DNA of 44,729 nucleotides from a virus (IMGVR_UViG_3300013947_000009:1-44729); one strand, 5' to 3'. Positions 8,032 to 16,629 are shown, counted from the first letter of the stretch. A program made the numbers and translations. The notes: generated from the letters alone by a model not told the origin.

Positions 8032-9719
8032 ATTTTTACGATTTTGAGGTGTTTAAGGAAAATTGGCTGGTTGTCATAATCAATCCGGCTGAACGGTCAG
8101 AAACAATAATTGTCGATGATTCTGAAAAGCTGAAAGCCTATTATGAATCTCACAAAAATGAAATTTGGATCGGGTACAATAATCGTCGTTATGACCAGTA
8201 CATTATGAAAGCTATTCTTTGCGGATTTGATCCCAAGAAAGTCTCCGACTATTTAATTGTTGAAAATAAGGGAGGTTGGCAATATAGCAGTATGATGAAT
8301 AAGATTCCGATGATTAACTTTGACGTTATGCTTAAAAACGACGGAGGTCTTAAATCTCTTGAGGGATTCATGGGGAATGATATTCGAGAGACGAGCGTTC
8401 CATTTGATATTGACAGGAAGTTAACGGCCGAAGAAATTGCTGAAACTATCAAATATTGTAAGCACGACGTTGAGCAGACTATCGAAGTGTTTCTCAACCG
8501 AAAAGCAGAGTTTGACGCTGCCCTGGGATTGGTTAAGATTTTTAATCTTCCCATGAAGTTTATGGGAAAAACCGGCGCTCAAAGAGTTGCTCATATTTTG
8601 GGCGGAAAAGGTATTCATTATCACGATGAATTCGATTTTGAAATCGTTCCGACTCTGAAATTGAGTAAATATAAGTATATAGCTGATTGGTACCGAAACC
8701 CAGCTAATCGTGATTATAATAAAAAGCAAAAAGTCACGGTTGCAGGCGTCGAACACATTTTCGCTTGGGGAGGAATCCATGGGGCTATTCCAAAGTATTG
8801 TGATGAGGGAATTTTCTTGATGGCGGACGTTACAGCGTATTATCCCAGCTTACAGCTTCGATATAAATTCGGTTATCGCAATATGGTAAATCCCGAAAAT
8901 TTCGAGAAGATTCACGGCGAAAATTTAAGGCTTAAGAAAATTGATAAAAAAGCCAGACTTCCGTATAAAATTGCCGATAACGCAATTTCGGGCCAGCTCA
9001 AAGATAAGTATTCTCCGTTGTATGATCCGCGAGACAACAACGCAATCACTGTTAACGGACAGCTTTTGCTGCTTGATTTAATTGAAAAACTTGAGTCTCA
9101 CATTGAAAGACTGGTTCAATCTAATACCGATGGTATTCTCATCAAACTACGGTCAATTGATGACTATGAAAAAATTGACGATATCGTATGGGAATGGGAA
9201 CAACGAACGGGCATGCGAATGGGCTTTGACCTTTACACAAAAGTTTTTCAAAAGGACGTTAACAATTATTTAATTGTTGCTGAAGACGGAAGCACAAAAA
9301 CCAAGGGTGCCTATACTAAATCTTTGGGACCGCTCGATTTTGATTTGCCAATCATTAATAAAGCTATGGTTGAGTACATGAAAAATGGTACTCCTATAGA
9401 AAGAACGATTTTGGAATGTAATGAGCTTAAAATGTTCCAGAAAATCATAAAGTTGAGCGGTAAATATAAGTGCGTTTGGCACAACGGAAAATCATACACC
9501 GAAAAATGCTTCAGAGTCTTCGCAAGCCGATCTTCTTCAGATTCTTATATTGGCAAGCAAAAAAGCAACGGCGCAACGATTGAAAAGTTTGCAAACACCC
9601 CTGAACATTGTTTTGTTGATAATTCTGACATTAACGGAAAAAGTGTTCCCGATGAATTAGACAAACGATGGTATATCAATTTAACAAAAGAACGACTTGA
9701 ACAATATGGAGTGATTTAG
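8007..9719 (+). CDS. Family-B-like DNA polymerase with 3'-5' exonuclease domain; alternative TTG start at 8025
   Basis: Exo motifs FYDFEVF, GYNNRRYD, YCKHDV; pol motifs DVTAYYPSL, KIADNAISGQ, NTDGILI. Confidence 0.7.
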   Translation: MGGKIKLLNFYDFEVFKENWLVVIINPAERSETIIVDDSEKLKAYYESHKNEIWIGYNNRRYDQYIMKAILCGFDPKKVSDYLIVENKGGWQYSSMMNKIPMINFDVMLKNDGGLKSLEGFMGNDIRETSVPFDIDRKLTAEEIAETIKYCKHDVEQTIEVFLNRKAEFDAALGLVKIFNLPMKFMGKTGAQRVAHILGGKGIHYHDEFDFEIVPTLKLSKYKYIADWYRNPANRDYNKKQKVTVAGVEHIFAWGGIHGAIPKYCDEGIFLMADVTAYYPSLQLRYKFGYRNMVNPENFEKIHGENLRLKKIDKKARLPYKIADNAISGQLKDKYSPLYDPRDNNAITVNGQLLLLDLIEKLESHIERLVQSNTDGILIKLRSIDDYEKIDDIVWEWEQRTGMRMGFDLYTKVFQKDVNNYLIVAEDGSTKTKGAYTKSLGPLDFDLPIINKAMVEYMKNGTPIERTILECNELKMFQKIIKLSGKYKCVWHNGKSYTEKCFRVFASRSSSDSYIGKQKSNGATIEKFANTPEHCFVDNSDINGKSVPDELDKRWYINLTKERLEQYGVI

Positions 9720-9720
9720 A

Positions 9721-9927
9721 ATGACACATATGATTTACGAAACTCCGGGTACAAGGTACGGCCATTGGGAAGTATTGAGCTTCCACGAGGTAGATTCTCA
9801 CGGCGATGCTCGTTGGTGGTGTCGATGCTCAATATGCGGCGGAATTTATTCTGTAGCAGGATTCCGATTGCGTAACGGTAAATCAACGAAATGCTGGCCT
9901 TGCCATTTGCGGGAACCGAAGAGGTGA
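9721..9927 (+). CDS. Small zinc-ribbon protein, 68 aa
   Basis: CRCSICG...CWPC cysteine pairs. Confidence 0.6.
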   Translation: MTHMIYETPGTRYGHWEVLSFHEVDSHGDARWWCRCSICGGIYSVAGFRLRNGKSTKCWPCHLREPKR

Positions 9928-9932
9928 CGTGA

Positions 9933-11810
9933 TTGGAATTATTTCGCGGATACGTACCAACCAAGGATAAAAAATGCTTGATGAAATTCAAGAATTCGTC
10001 AGATTTGAAAAGTTATCGAGAAGTTAAAAATTTGCCTGAGTTTGCTGGAATACTCGCAGCCGACACGATTTTGATTGATGTTGATGATTTTCATCAATCA
10101 GAAATAATGATGGATATAGTTGAGGAGCTTCAACTGAGATGCCGAGTATATGCAACATCTCGAGGAAAGCATTTTCTTTTCAAAAATGACGGAGTAGAGA
10201 CAAACAAAATTCGCACGAAATTAGCTTGCGGATTGGAAGCTGATATTAAACTCGGAACTCGAAATAGTTACAGCGTGCTGAAATACGCCGGGAAAGAAAG
10301 AGAAATCATTTACGACATTTTCGAAGATGAAGATTATGAGCCTGTCCCTAAGTTTTTCACGCCTATTCAAACAAACATTGATTTTTTGAACATGGAGCAG
10401 GGAGATGGAAGAAATCAGTCATTATTCAATTATATCTTGACTCTTCAAAGCAATGACTTTTCAGTTGATGAGGCAAGACAGACGTTAAAGATCATCAATG
10501 ACCATGTGCTACCTGACCCGTTATCGGAGGAAGAATTGAGCACTCTATCACGCGATGACGCATTCAAAAAGCCGGTTTTCTTCAATAAAGGAAAGTTTCT
10601 TTTTGACAAGTTTGCAATCTTCCTCAAAAACAATAACCATATTGTCAGAATTAACGGGCAGCTACATATATATCGCGATGGTATTTACGTTGAGGGTCAA
10701 CCAGAAATTGAAGCAGCGATGATTGAGCATATTCCGAACCTAAACCGCTCGAAGCGAACAGAGATAACGAGTTATTTGGACATTCTCATTCGAAAGAATA
10801 TAAAAACCGATAATGCGAATCTCATAGCTTTCAGGAACGGCGTCTATGACCTTGAAACCGGTGAGCTGAGAGAATTCAGTCCGGATATTATAATTACGAA
10901 CAAAATCGATCATGATTATAACCCCGAGGCTTATAGCGAATTGGCCGACAAGACGCTTGATAAACTCGCTTGCGGAGACGCAGACGTCAGAGCCTTGTTG
11001 GAAGAAGCAATCGGTTATTGTTTCTATCGAAGAAATGAGTTAAGAAAATCTTTCATACTCACCGGCGATAAGAAAAACGGTAAATCGACATATCTGGCTG
11101 TTTTGAAAGAGCTGCTTGGAGACGTTAACACTGCGTCACTTGATTTGAATGAGTTGGGCGACAGGTTTTCGAGTGCCTCACTGTTCGGAAAGCTCGCAAA
11201 TATCGGCGACGATATTGCAGATGACTTTATTTCCAACCCGGCAATATTCAAAAAGATTGTTTCCGGCGATTGGATAAAAGGTGAGAACAAAGGTCAGAAA
11301 GAGTTTTTCTTCAAGCCTTATTGTAAGCTACTTTTCTCAGCCAACAATATTCCGAGAATTAAGGACAAATCGGGAGCAGTTCTTGACCGTTTGGTTATCG
11401 TTCCTTTTGACGCTCAATTCTCGAAAGATGACCCTGATTTTGATCCCTATATCAAGTATAAATTAATTCAGGAAGATTCATTGCAATACTTGATTTTGTT
11501 GGGAATTAAAGGGTTGAAGCGGGTACTCGATAACCGAGAATTTACTCAATCGGCCAAAGTACAAAGGTCCATTGATGAATACAAGGAAACGAACAATCCG
11601 ATTCTATTATTCTTCAAAGAAGACGTGCAAATTATCAACGAGCCAACGAATGAGGTATATCGCAAATATACGGAATTTTGTTTGGCAAACAGCTTCACGC
11701 CAATGAGCAACATCGAGTTTTCTAAACAAATCAAAAAGCACTATGGCGTTGAAATCAAAAGTAAAAGTATCAACGGTAAAAAATACCGCATATTTGTTGA
11801 AAGGAGTTAG
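9933..11810 (+). CDS. Bifunctional prim-pol / D5_N / P4-family primase-helicase
   Basis: ILIDVDD and SRGKH prim-pol motifs; Walker A GDKKNGKST; Walker B NIGDD; TTG start (ATG alternative at 9981). Confidence 0.85.
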   Translation: MELFRGYVPTKDKKCLMKFKNSSDLKSYREVKNLPEFAGILAADTILIDVDDFHQSEIMMDIVEELQLRCRVYATSRGKHFLFKNDGVETNKIRTKLACGLEADIKLGTRNSYSVLKYAGKEREIIYDIFEDEDYEPVPKFFTPIQTNIDFLNMEQGDGRNQSLFNYILTLQSNDFSVDEARQTLKIINDHVLPDPLSEEELSTLSRDDAFKKPVFFNKGKFLFDKFAIFLKNNNHIVRINGQLHIYRDGIYVEGQPEIEAAMIEHIPNLNRSKRTEITSYLDILIRKNIKTDNANLIAFRNGVYDLETGELREFSPDIIITNKIDHDYNPEAYSELADKTLDKLACGDADVRALLEEAIGYCFYRRNELRKSFILTGDKKNGKSTYLAVLKELLGDVNTASLDLNELGDRFSSASLFGKLANIGDDIADDFISNPAIFKKIVSGDWIKGENKGQKEFFFKPYCKLLFSANNIPRIKDKSGAVLDRLVIVPFDAQFSKDDPDFDPYIKYKLIQEDSLQYLILLGIKGLKRVLDNREFTQSAKVQRSIDEYKETNNPILLFFKEDVQIINEPTNEVYRKYTEFCLANSFTPMSNIEFSKQIKKHYGVEIKSKSINGKKYRIFVERS

Positions 11811-11812
11811 TT

Positions 11813-12139
11813 ATGACAAGTGAACGATTTAACGAGATTGTGAGAGAGCAGGTTGACACGTGCATGAGCTTGCTCGGAGTTAAAGGCGATGAATACGACA
11901 CAAATTCAAATGACCGTCTTCATGCTTTTAAAGCGGCAGCAGAAATTCAGTACGTCACACCTAAACAAGCTCTCGCGGGCATGATGGCCAAGCATACCAT
12001 ATCTATTTATGACATGCTTGCGAATGCCGATGAAAAACCTCCCGTTGAGAAATGGGTCGAAAAAATTTCAGACAGCATTAACTACTTGCTGTTACTGAGA
12101 GCAATTATTCAAGAGGAGATTGACAATAATGAAGCGTGA
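11813..12139 (+). CDS. DUF1599/MazG-like all-alpha protein (nucleotide-metabolism associated)
   Basis: GVKGDEYD...RLHAFKAAAEI...KH pattern; family call tentative. Confidence 0.45.
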   Translation: MTSERFNEIVREQVDTCMSLLGVKGDEYDTNSNDRLHAFKAAAEIQYVTPKQALAGMMAKHTISIYDMLANADEKPPVEKWVEKISDSINYLLLLRAIIQEEIDNNEA

Positions 12140-12266
12140 AGTAGTTACAGTTGTTAAGTATACCGAAGATTATATTCTTCTGAGTGACGGCAAAGAAATC
12201 CGCCCTCCTCATGGGCAAAAGTTTGATTTGGACGTCATTAAAAAAATATGGGAGGTGACGGATTGA
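12129..12266 (+). CDS. Small hypothetical protein, 45 aa
   Basis: Hand translation MKREVVTVVKYTEDYILLSDGKEIRPPHGQKFDLDVIKKIWEVTD; stop abuts the next ATG. Confidence 0.45.
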   Translation: MKREVVTVVKYTEDYILLSDGKEIRPPHGQKFDLDVIKKIWEVTD

Positions 12267-13058
12267 ATGCAATATAACAACATGGATGATATTTATCGTA
12301 TTATTTGTCGGCAGTTGCTTTACGCCCCGAAAGTTGGCGAAACTCGTGAAATAAACGGCTATTCATTTACCCTCACGAATTTGGACAACAACGTCGTTAA
12401 TATTCGCAATATTTCCAAATCGTATATTTGTGGAGAATTGCTTTGGTATGTGTTGGGCCGAAATGACGTGGGATTCATCAGCAAGTTTGCTAAACTCTGG
12501 GAAAGAATCAGCGACGATGGAAAAACATCGAACTCAGCTTATGGAGATATTATCCTCAAGCGCCACGGTTTTAACCAAGTTGATACCATTATTAGGCTTT
12601 TGAAGAAAGACCCGTTGAGTCGTCGAGCGGTAATCAATTTCAATGTGCCGAATCCAAACGTGATTAATACAAAAGATGAGATTTGTACCGTTGCTTTGCA
12701 ATTCCTCATTCGAAATGGAAAACTCAATGCGTATGGCTTGATGCGCAGCAACGATGTTTGGTTTGGTCTTCCGTATGATGTGATATTTTTCACAGAGTTG
12801 CAAAAGTACATCGCTCGCAAATTGGGAGTAGATTGTGGAACATATACACATACAGCAAATAGCTTGCATGTATATGAGCGGAATCTCCCTGATTTGGAAA
12901 AGGTTATATTTGCGAAGTCTGAGACTAAAATCTCCGTGGATTTTCAAAAATTCTGGATGTGCCGATATGGACTTGAAAGCGTCGTTGAAACATCGGATGA
13001 TCCGAGAAAGGAGCTTGTCGAAACGTGCGAACGCTTGAATATATTGAAAACGATTTGA
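12267..13058 (+). CDS. Thymidylate-synthase-family enzyme; predicted pyrimidine C5 hydroxymethylase/methylase acting on dCMP
   Basis: ThyA motifs ELLWY, DPLSRR, catalytic C140 (DEICT), RSND, GLPYD (Asp171 where TS has Asn), HVYE. Confidence 0.8.
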   Translation: MQYNNMDDIYRIICRQLLYAPKVGETREINGYSFTLTNLDNNVVNIRNISKSYICGELLWYVLGRNDVGFISKFAKLWERISDDGKTSNSAYGDIILKRHGFNQVDTIIRLLKKDPLSRRAVINFNVPNPNVINTKDEICTVALQFLIRNGKLNAYGLMRSNDVWFGLPYDVIFFTELQKYIARKLGVDCGTYTHTANSLHVYERNLPDLEKVIFAKSETKISVDFQKFWMCRYGLESVVETSDDPRKELVETCERLNILKTI

Positions 13059-13261
13059 CCTCGTGCATTTTCTCGTCTATAAATCAACGATGCGCTATTT
13101 TGACAGCGACTAAATGCCCTAAAAATTGCGCTTTTAAGAAGTCATTGACTGAATATCTTGACGGAATGCTCCATGCCGAAGAGATTCTTCGAGAAAAAGG
13201 ATTGAAGCGCGTAATGGCGTCTATAGACAACAACGAAATTGTAACTACTAAAAAGGAGTAA
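13025..13261 (+). CDS. Cys-rich small hypothetical protein, 78 aa, GTG start
   Basis: ORF fills the gap between the ThyA-like gene and the methyltransferase; start uncertain. Confidence 0.45.
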   Translation: MRTLEYIENDLTSCIFSSINQRCAILTATKCPKNCAFKKSLTEYLDGMLHAEEILREKGLKRVMASIDNNEIVTTKKE

Positions 13262-13266
13262 TTATT

Positions 13267-14019
13267 ATGGCAAAAGAAATTTACAACAAAACCCAACTCA
13301 CACCGCAGCAAGAATTTGAAAGACACATTTACCACCGCGATCAGTTTGCGCACTATCTGAGATGGTCGCATGTTCTGAAAGTCGCAAAAATCGGTCAAAA
13401 GATTCTTGACTTCGGTTGCGGATCAGGCGAAATGCTTGAGCTATTCTACCGCAATAAATTCAGACCTAAGAGATATTTGGGCCTGGACATTCGCCAGCAA
13501 ACAATCAAAGAAAACCAGGAGAAATTCGCAAAGCTCGATTTTGCTGAATTCAGACAGGCAGACCTCTGTCAGAGTGAGCTTGACCTTGGAGAAGACTTTG
13601 ACATTATTACTTGTTTTGAAGTGATGGAGCATATCGGCCATGCCAATGCAGACAAATTCCTTGAAAATATCTGGTATCACTGCGGCAAAGATACAAGGGT
13701 ATATCTGAGCACGCCGAACTATGATCCAAAAGTAGGAGCAGCAAAAAATCACCTTCTGGGGCCTGATAAAGAAATCGGCGAATGGGATCATTTCGAGCTT
13801 CAGGAAAAATTGAGCGAATATTTCGACATTGAGGCGAAATACGGCACGTTTGCAAGCATGAAAGACTACAAGGAAGAAATCGTCGGAGATTGGAGACAGC
13901 AGATGTTCGATGCTCTGAAAGAATATTATGACACGAACCTCATCTCGGTAATTATGGCGCCTCTCATTAAACCAGAACATGCTCGCAACTGCTTGTGGGT
14001 ACTGCGCGCAAAGGAGTGA
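13267..14019 (+). CDS. Class I SAM-dependent methyltransferase
   Basis: ILDFGCGSGEM motif I, DIITCFEVMEHI. Confidence 0.8.
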   Translation: MAKEIYNKTQLTPQQEFERHIYHRDQFAHYLRWSHVLKVAKIGQKILDFGCGSGEMLELFYRNKFRPKRYLGLDIRQQTIKENQEKFAKLDFAEFRQADLCQSELDLGEDFDIITCFEVMEHIGHANADKFLENIWYHCGKDTRVYLSTPNYDPKVGAAKNHLLGPDKEIGEWDHFELQEKLSEYFDIEAKYGTFASMKDYKEEIVGDWRQQMFDALKEYYDTNLISVIMAPLIKPEHARNCLWVLRAKE

Positions 14020-14024
14020 GTTTT

Positions 14025-14354
14025 ATGCACATAAAAATGCACAATGGCAAGGCTTATGGCGTGCAATTCACAGCAAGAGAGCGCGAAGCAATGCATAAGG
14101 AAGTCAACAGGCAGCTCGTTGAACAAATGCGCGAGCTCGGAACTGACGTTGATGCCCTGATTCTGTGGGTGCTACACGTTGAGTTTGGATTCGGCAAACA
14201 GAGGTTGAAAAGATTTTTTGACGTGTTCACAAAAGAATATGAATACATGGGCGAATATTACGACATGCCCAAGGATGTTCCTTGGATTTGCCGTACAAAG
14301 CTGAAAGAAATCGGCGTTGACATTGAACAATGGAATAAGGAGGCAAAACAATGA
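14025..14354 (+). CDS. Hypothetical protein, 109 aa
   Basis: ATG 14025 preceded by AAGGAG; track start 13995 overlaps the previous gene. Confidence 0.6.
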   Translation: MHIKMHNGKAYGVQFTAREREAMHKEVNRQLVEQMRELGTDVDALILWVLHVEFGFGKQRLKRFFDVFTKEYEYMGEYYDMPKDVPWICRTKLKEIGVDIEQWNKEAKQ

Positions 14355-14596
14355 TTTGCATGAAGAAAAAAATTAAGGTTGAGGACATTATTATTCCCGG
14401 CATTTTTGCCGGGAGCACCCCTAAACCTACGAAGCTGATCGAAAAGACAGCCGAGTATTTGGAATCAGGCAAAATCGCGTCGGTGTATGTTGACCGAAAT
14501 AAAGTGCTGGTTGACGGCTATTGCAGCTATTTGATTCTGAAAACGCTCGGCGTAAAGAAAATTAAATGTGTACAGATAAAGGAGAAAGATAGATGA
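14351..14596 (+). CDS. Small degenerate ParB/Srx-like N-terminal domain protein
   Basis: VLVDGYCSYLILKTLGVKKI resembles the ParB DGHHR region but lacks those residues. Confidence 0.4.
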   Translation: MICMKKKIKVEDIIIPGIFAGSTPKPTKLIEKTAEYLESGKIASVYVDRNKVLVDGYCSYLILKTLGVKKIKCVQIKEKDR

Positions 14597-14889
14597 TTCT
14601 TACATTATGCGGAAGTACGAAATTTAAGGATGATTTTATACGAGTGAATAAAGAGCTCACACTTGCTGGAAATGTCGTCCTCTCGGTCGGATGTTTTGGT
14701 CATAGTGGTGATTTTATCACCGACGAACAGAAGCTCATGCTCGATGCAATTCATAAGCGAAAAATTGACTTGTCAGAAGGCATATATGTCATCAACAAGG
14801 GCGGTTATATTGGTTCTTCGACGCGCGAGGAAATCAAATACGCAAGGAGCCATGGAAAATCAATCTTTTATATGGAGGAGCAAAAATGA
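14593..14889 (+). CDS. Nucleoside 2-deoxyribosyltransferase-superfamily-like small protein
   Basis: MILTLCGS..., HKRKIDLSEGIYVIN..GYIGSSTREEIKYA pattern. Confidence 0.45.
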   Translation: MILTLCGSTKFKDDFIRVNKELTLAGNVVLSVGCFGHSGDFITDEQKLMLDAIHKRKIDLSEGIYVINKGGYIGSSTREEIKYARSHGKSIFYMEEQK

Positions 14890-15305
14890 AGGTAAAAGTC
14901 ATCGATTTTGGTTATGAAAAGCTGCCGTTCAGAGCACATGAAAACGATGCCGGAGCAGATGTCTACGCGCACTTGCCCAACAGACGAGTCGGTGTTTGGC
15001 CTCATGAAACTGTGAAAATTCCGCTCGGTTTGGGCCTCTGTTTGCCTGATGGATATATGGCTTGCGTATTCCCCAGGAGCGGTTTGGCGAGCAAGGGACT
15101 TGTCTGTGAGCTTCCCCCTATCGATTCGGGTTACCGCGGAGAGATTCACGCGATTGTTACGAATTGCAGTAATGTCAAGCAATTTGTCAATGATGGAGAC
15201 AGAATTGGGCAACTGGTAATCACTCCGGTAGTAGTTGCTGACTTCATCACGGAAGACATTAAGGTGAGAGGCAACAGTGGTTTTGGCTCAACTGGGCTAA
15301 AATGA
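14886..15305 (+). CDS. dut: Trimeric dUTPase
   Basis: All five motifs: AGADVYA, PRSGLA, IDSGYRGEI, GDRIGQLV, RGNSGFGSTG. Confidence 0.92.
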   Translation: MKVKVIDFGYEKLPFRAHENDAGADVYAHLPNRRVGVWPHETVKIPLGLGLCLPDGYMACVFPRSGLASKGLVCELPPIDSGYRGEIHAIVTNCSNVKQFVNDGDRIGQLVITPVVVADFITEDIKVRGNSGFGSTGLK

Positions 15306-15332
15306 TTCTATATGTGAAGAATGGTATAAGAT
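15301..15332. repeat. Inner inverted repeat, partner of 163-194
   Basis: Exact reverse complement; overlaps the dUTPase stop codon. Confidence 0.9.
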
Positions 15333-15369
15333 CGGTATAAGATCGGTATAAGATGAATTCATTCATCTT
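15323..15369. promoter_or_regulatory. Candidate recombinase-binding array: three tandem 11-bp units ggtataagat(c/g) (15323-15355) overlapping dyad aagatga-attcat-tcatctt (15350-15369)
   Basis: Exact tandem repeats with 11-bp phasing; ggtataag/cttatacc also recurs at 15464-15471, 15568-15575 and in IR copy A. Confidence 0.5.
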
Positions 15370-15394
15370 CAACTCCTGTTTCGATAAGAATAGT

Positions 15395-15460
15395 TAGCGT
15401 GATGATTAAATAATGATTGCTGACGATATTATTTTTAATCGTCACGCTACTTTTCAATTT
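15395..15460 (+). terminator. Long hairpin (16-bp stem, one G-U pair, 23-nt loop) followed by a T-rich tract; putative early-operon terminator
   Basis: tagcgtgatgattaaa ... tttaatcgtcacgcta then cttttcaatttt. Confidence 0.5.
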
Positions 15461-15461
15461 T

Positions 15462-15590
15462 GCGGTATAAGATGGACAAGATACTTTTTAGTCTTAGATA
15501 ATATAGCACTTTAACTTTTAGCTAAGCTCTATTATATATAAGTAAAATAGTTAAGTTATACTATACTCTTATACCATTCTTCTGAAAGAG
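15462..15590. repeat. IR copy B (129 bp), exact reverse complement of copy A; ends 8 nt before the integrase ATG
   Basis: Block-by-block comparison, 0 mismatches. Confidence 0.95.
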
Positions 15591-15598
15591 GAGATTAT

Positions 15599-16603
15599 AT
15601 GAGAAGAGCAAATGGAGAAGGTTCGATTTTTAAATTAGGCGGAAAACGGCGAAAACCATGGGCCGTTAGAATCACAACCGGATATGAAGATGACGGTAAA
15701 CAGATTTATAAATATGTTGGATATTACCCAACCAAGACAGAAGCTAAAGAAGCAATGAGGGAATACTTAGTCAATCCATTCAATTTGGATCATAAGAGCA
15801 CAAAGCTCAAGGACGTTTATGATAGATGGTTAGACCAAGCTGATCTTGCTCAAACGACATTGCAAAGTTATACGTCCGCCTTTAATCAGGCGAAGCAATT
15901 ACATAACATGAACATGAGAGATATTAAGGCCGTACATCTGGAAGCAGCCATGGACCAGATGAAACCGCACATGCGCAGCGTATTTAAAAATGCAATGGGA
16001 AAAGTATACATATATGCTATCAAGCACGAAATTGTTGATAAGGACATCGTGAGTCTAATTTCAATTAAAACTATGGTTGAAACAAGAGAGAAAACTCCAT
16101 TCACTTTGGCTGAGATTAACAAGTTAAAATCTTTCAAGCATCCATTAAATGATACCGTTTTCATTTTGCTTTATACCGGAATGCGGATCAATGAATTGCT
16201 TGAGATTAAATGTGAAAATGTTTACTTAGATAAAAGGTATATGATTGGGGGTAAAAAGACGAAAGCCGGACAAAATCGAGTTATCCCAATTCACAATGCG
16301 ATTTATCCTTTGATTAAAGCGAGATATGAACAGGGGAATAAATACCTGATAACAAAGGATAATAAGAAAATCAGTTACGCTACATATCGGATCAGTTATT
16401 GGAACAAGATGACCTCAGCTCTGAAATTCAAACATACTCCCCATGATACTCGACACACGTTTACCACATTTGCAGATAGATATGAGGTTAATAAGGTTGC
16501 ACTGAAAAGAATTCTCGGGCACACATTAAACGACACGACTGATCACTATACGCATAAGGACCTCAGCGAATTATTGACTGAGATCAACAAAATTGAATAT
16601 TAA
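15599..16603 (+). CDS. int: Tyrosine recombinase / phage integrase with AP2-like N-terminal arm-binding domain
   Basis: N-terminal GSIFK...KPWAVRIT; catalytic-domain R...HDTRHTF...LGH...HYTH. Confidence 0.92.
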   Translation: MRRANGEGSIFKLGGKRRKPWAVRITTGYEDDGKQIYKYVGYYPTKTEAKEAMREYLVNPFNLDHKSTKLKDVYDRWLDQADLAQTTLQSYTSAFNQAKQLHNMNMRDIKAVHLEAAMDQMKPHMRSVFKNAMGKVYIYAIKHEIVDKDIVSLISIKTMVETREKTPFTLAEINKLKSFKHPLNDTVFILLYTGMRINELLEIKCENVYLDKRYMIGGKKTKAGQNRVIPIHNAIYPLIKARYEQGNKYLITKDNKKISYATYRISYWNKMTSALKFKHTPHDTRHTFTTFADRYEVNKVALKRILGHTLNDTTDHYTHKDLSELLTEINKIEY

Positions 16604-16629
16604 AAAAGAGCCTCGCGGCTCTTTTTTTG
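16602..16629. terminator. Bidirectional rho-independent terminator
   Basis: aaaaaagagcc-tcgc-ggctcttttttt between convergent genes. Confidence 0.85.

Noticed and set aside
8007-9719. Protein-primed, ITR-bearing linear genome (phi29/tectivirus-like), suggested by a PolB-like polymerase plus inverted repeats
   Set aside because: The repeats are internal to a circularly closed contig, not terminal. The genome also encodes a prim-pol/P4 primase-helicase and an HK97-type terminase/portal system, and no terminal-protein candidate was seen.
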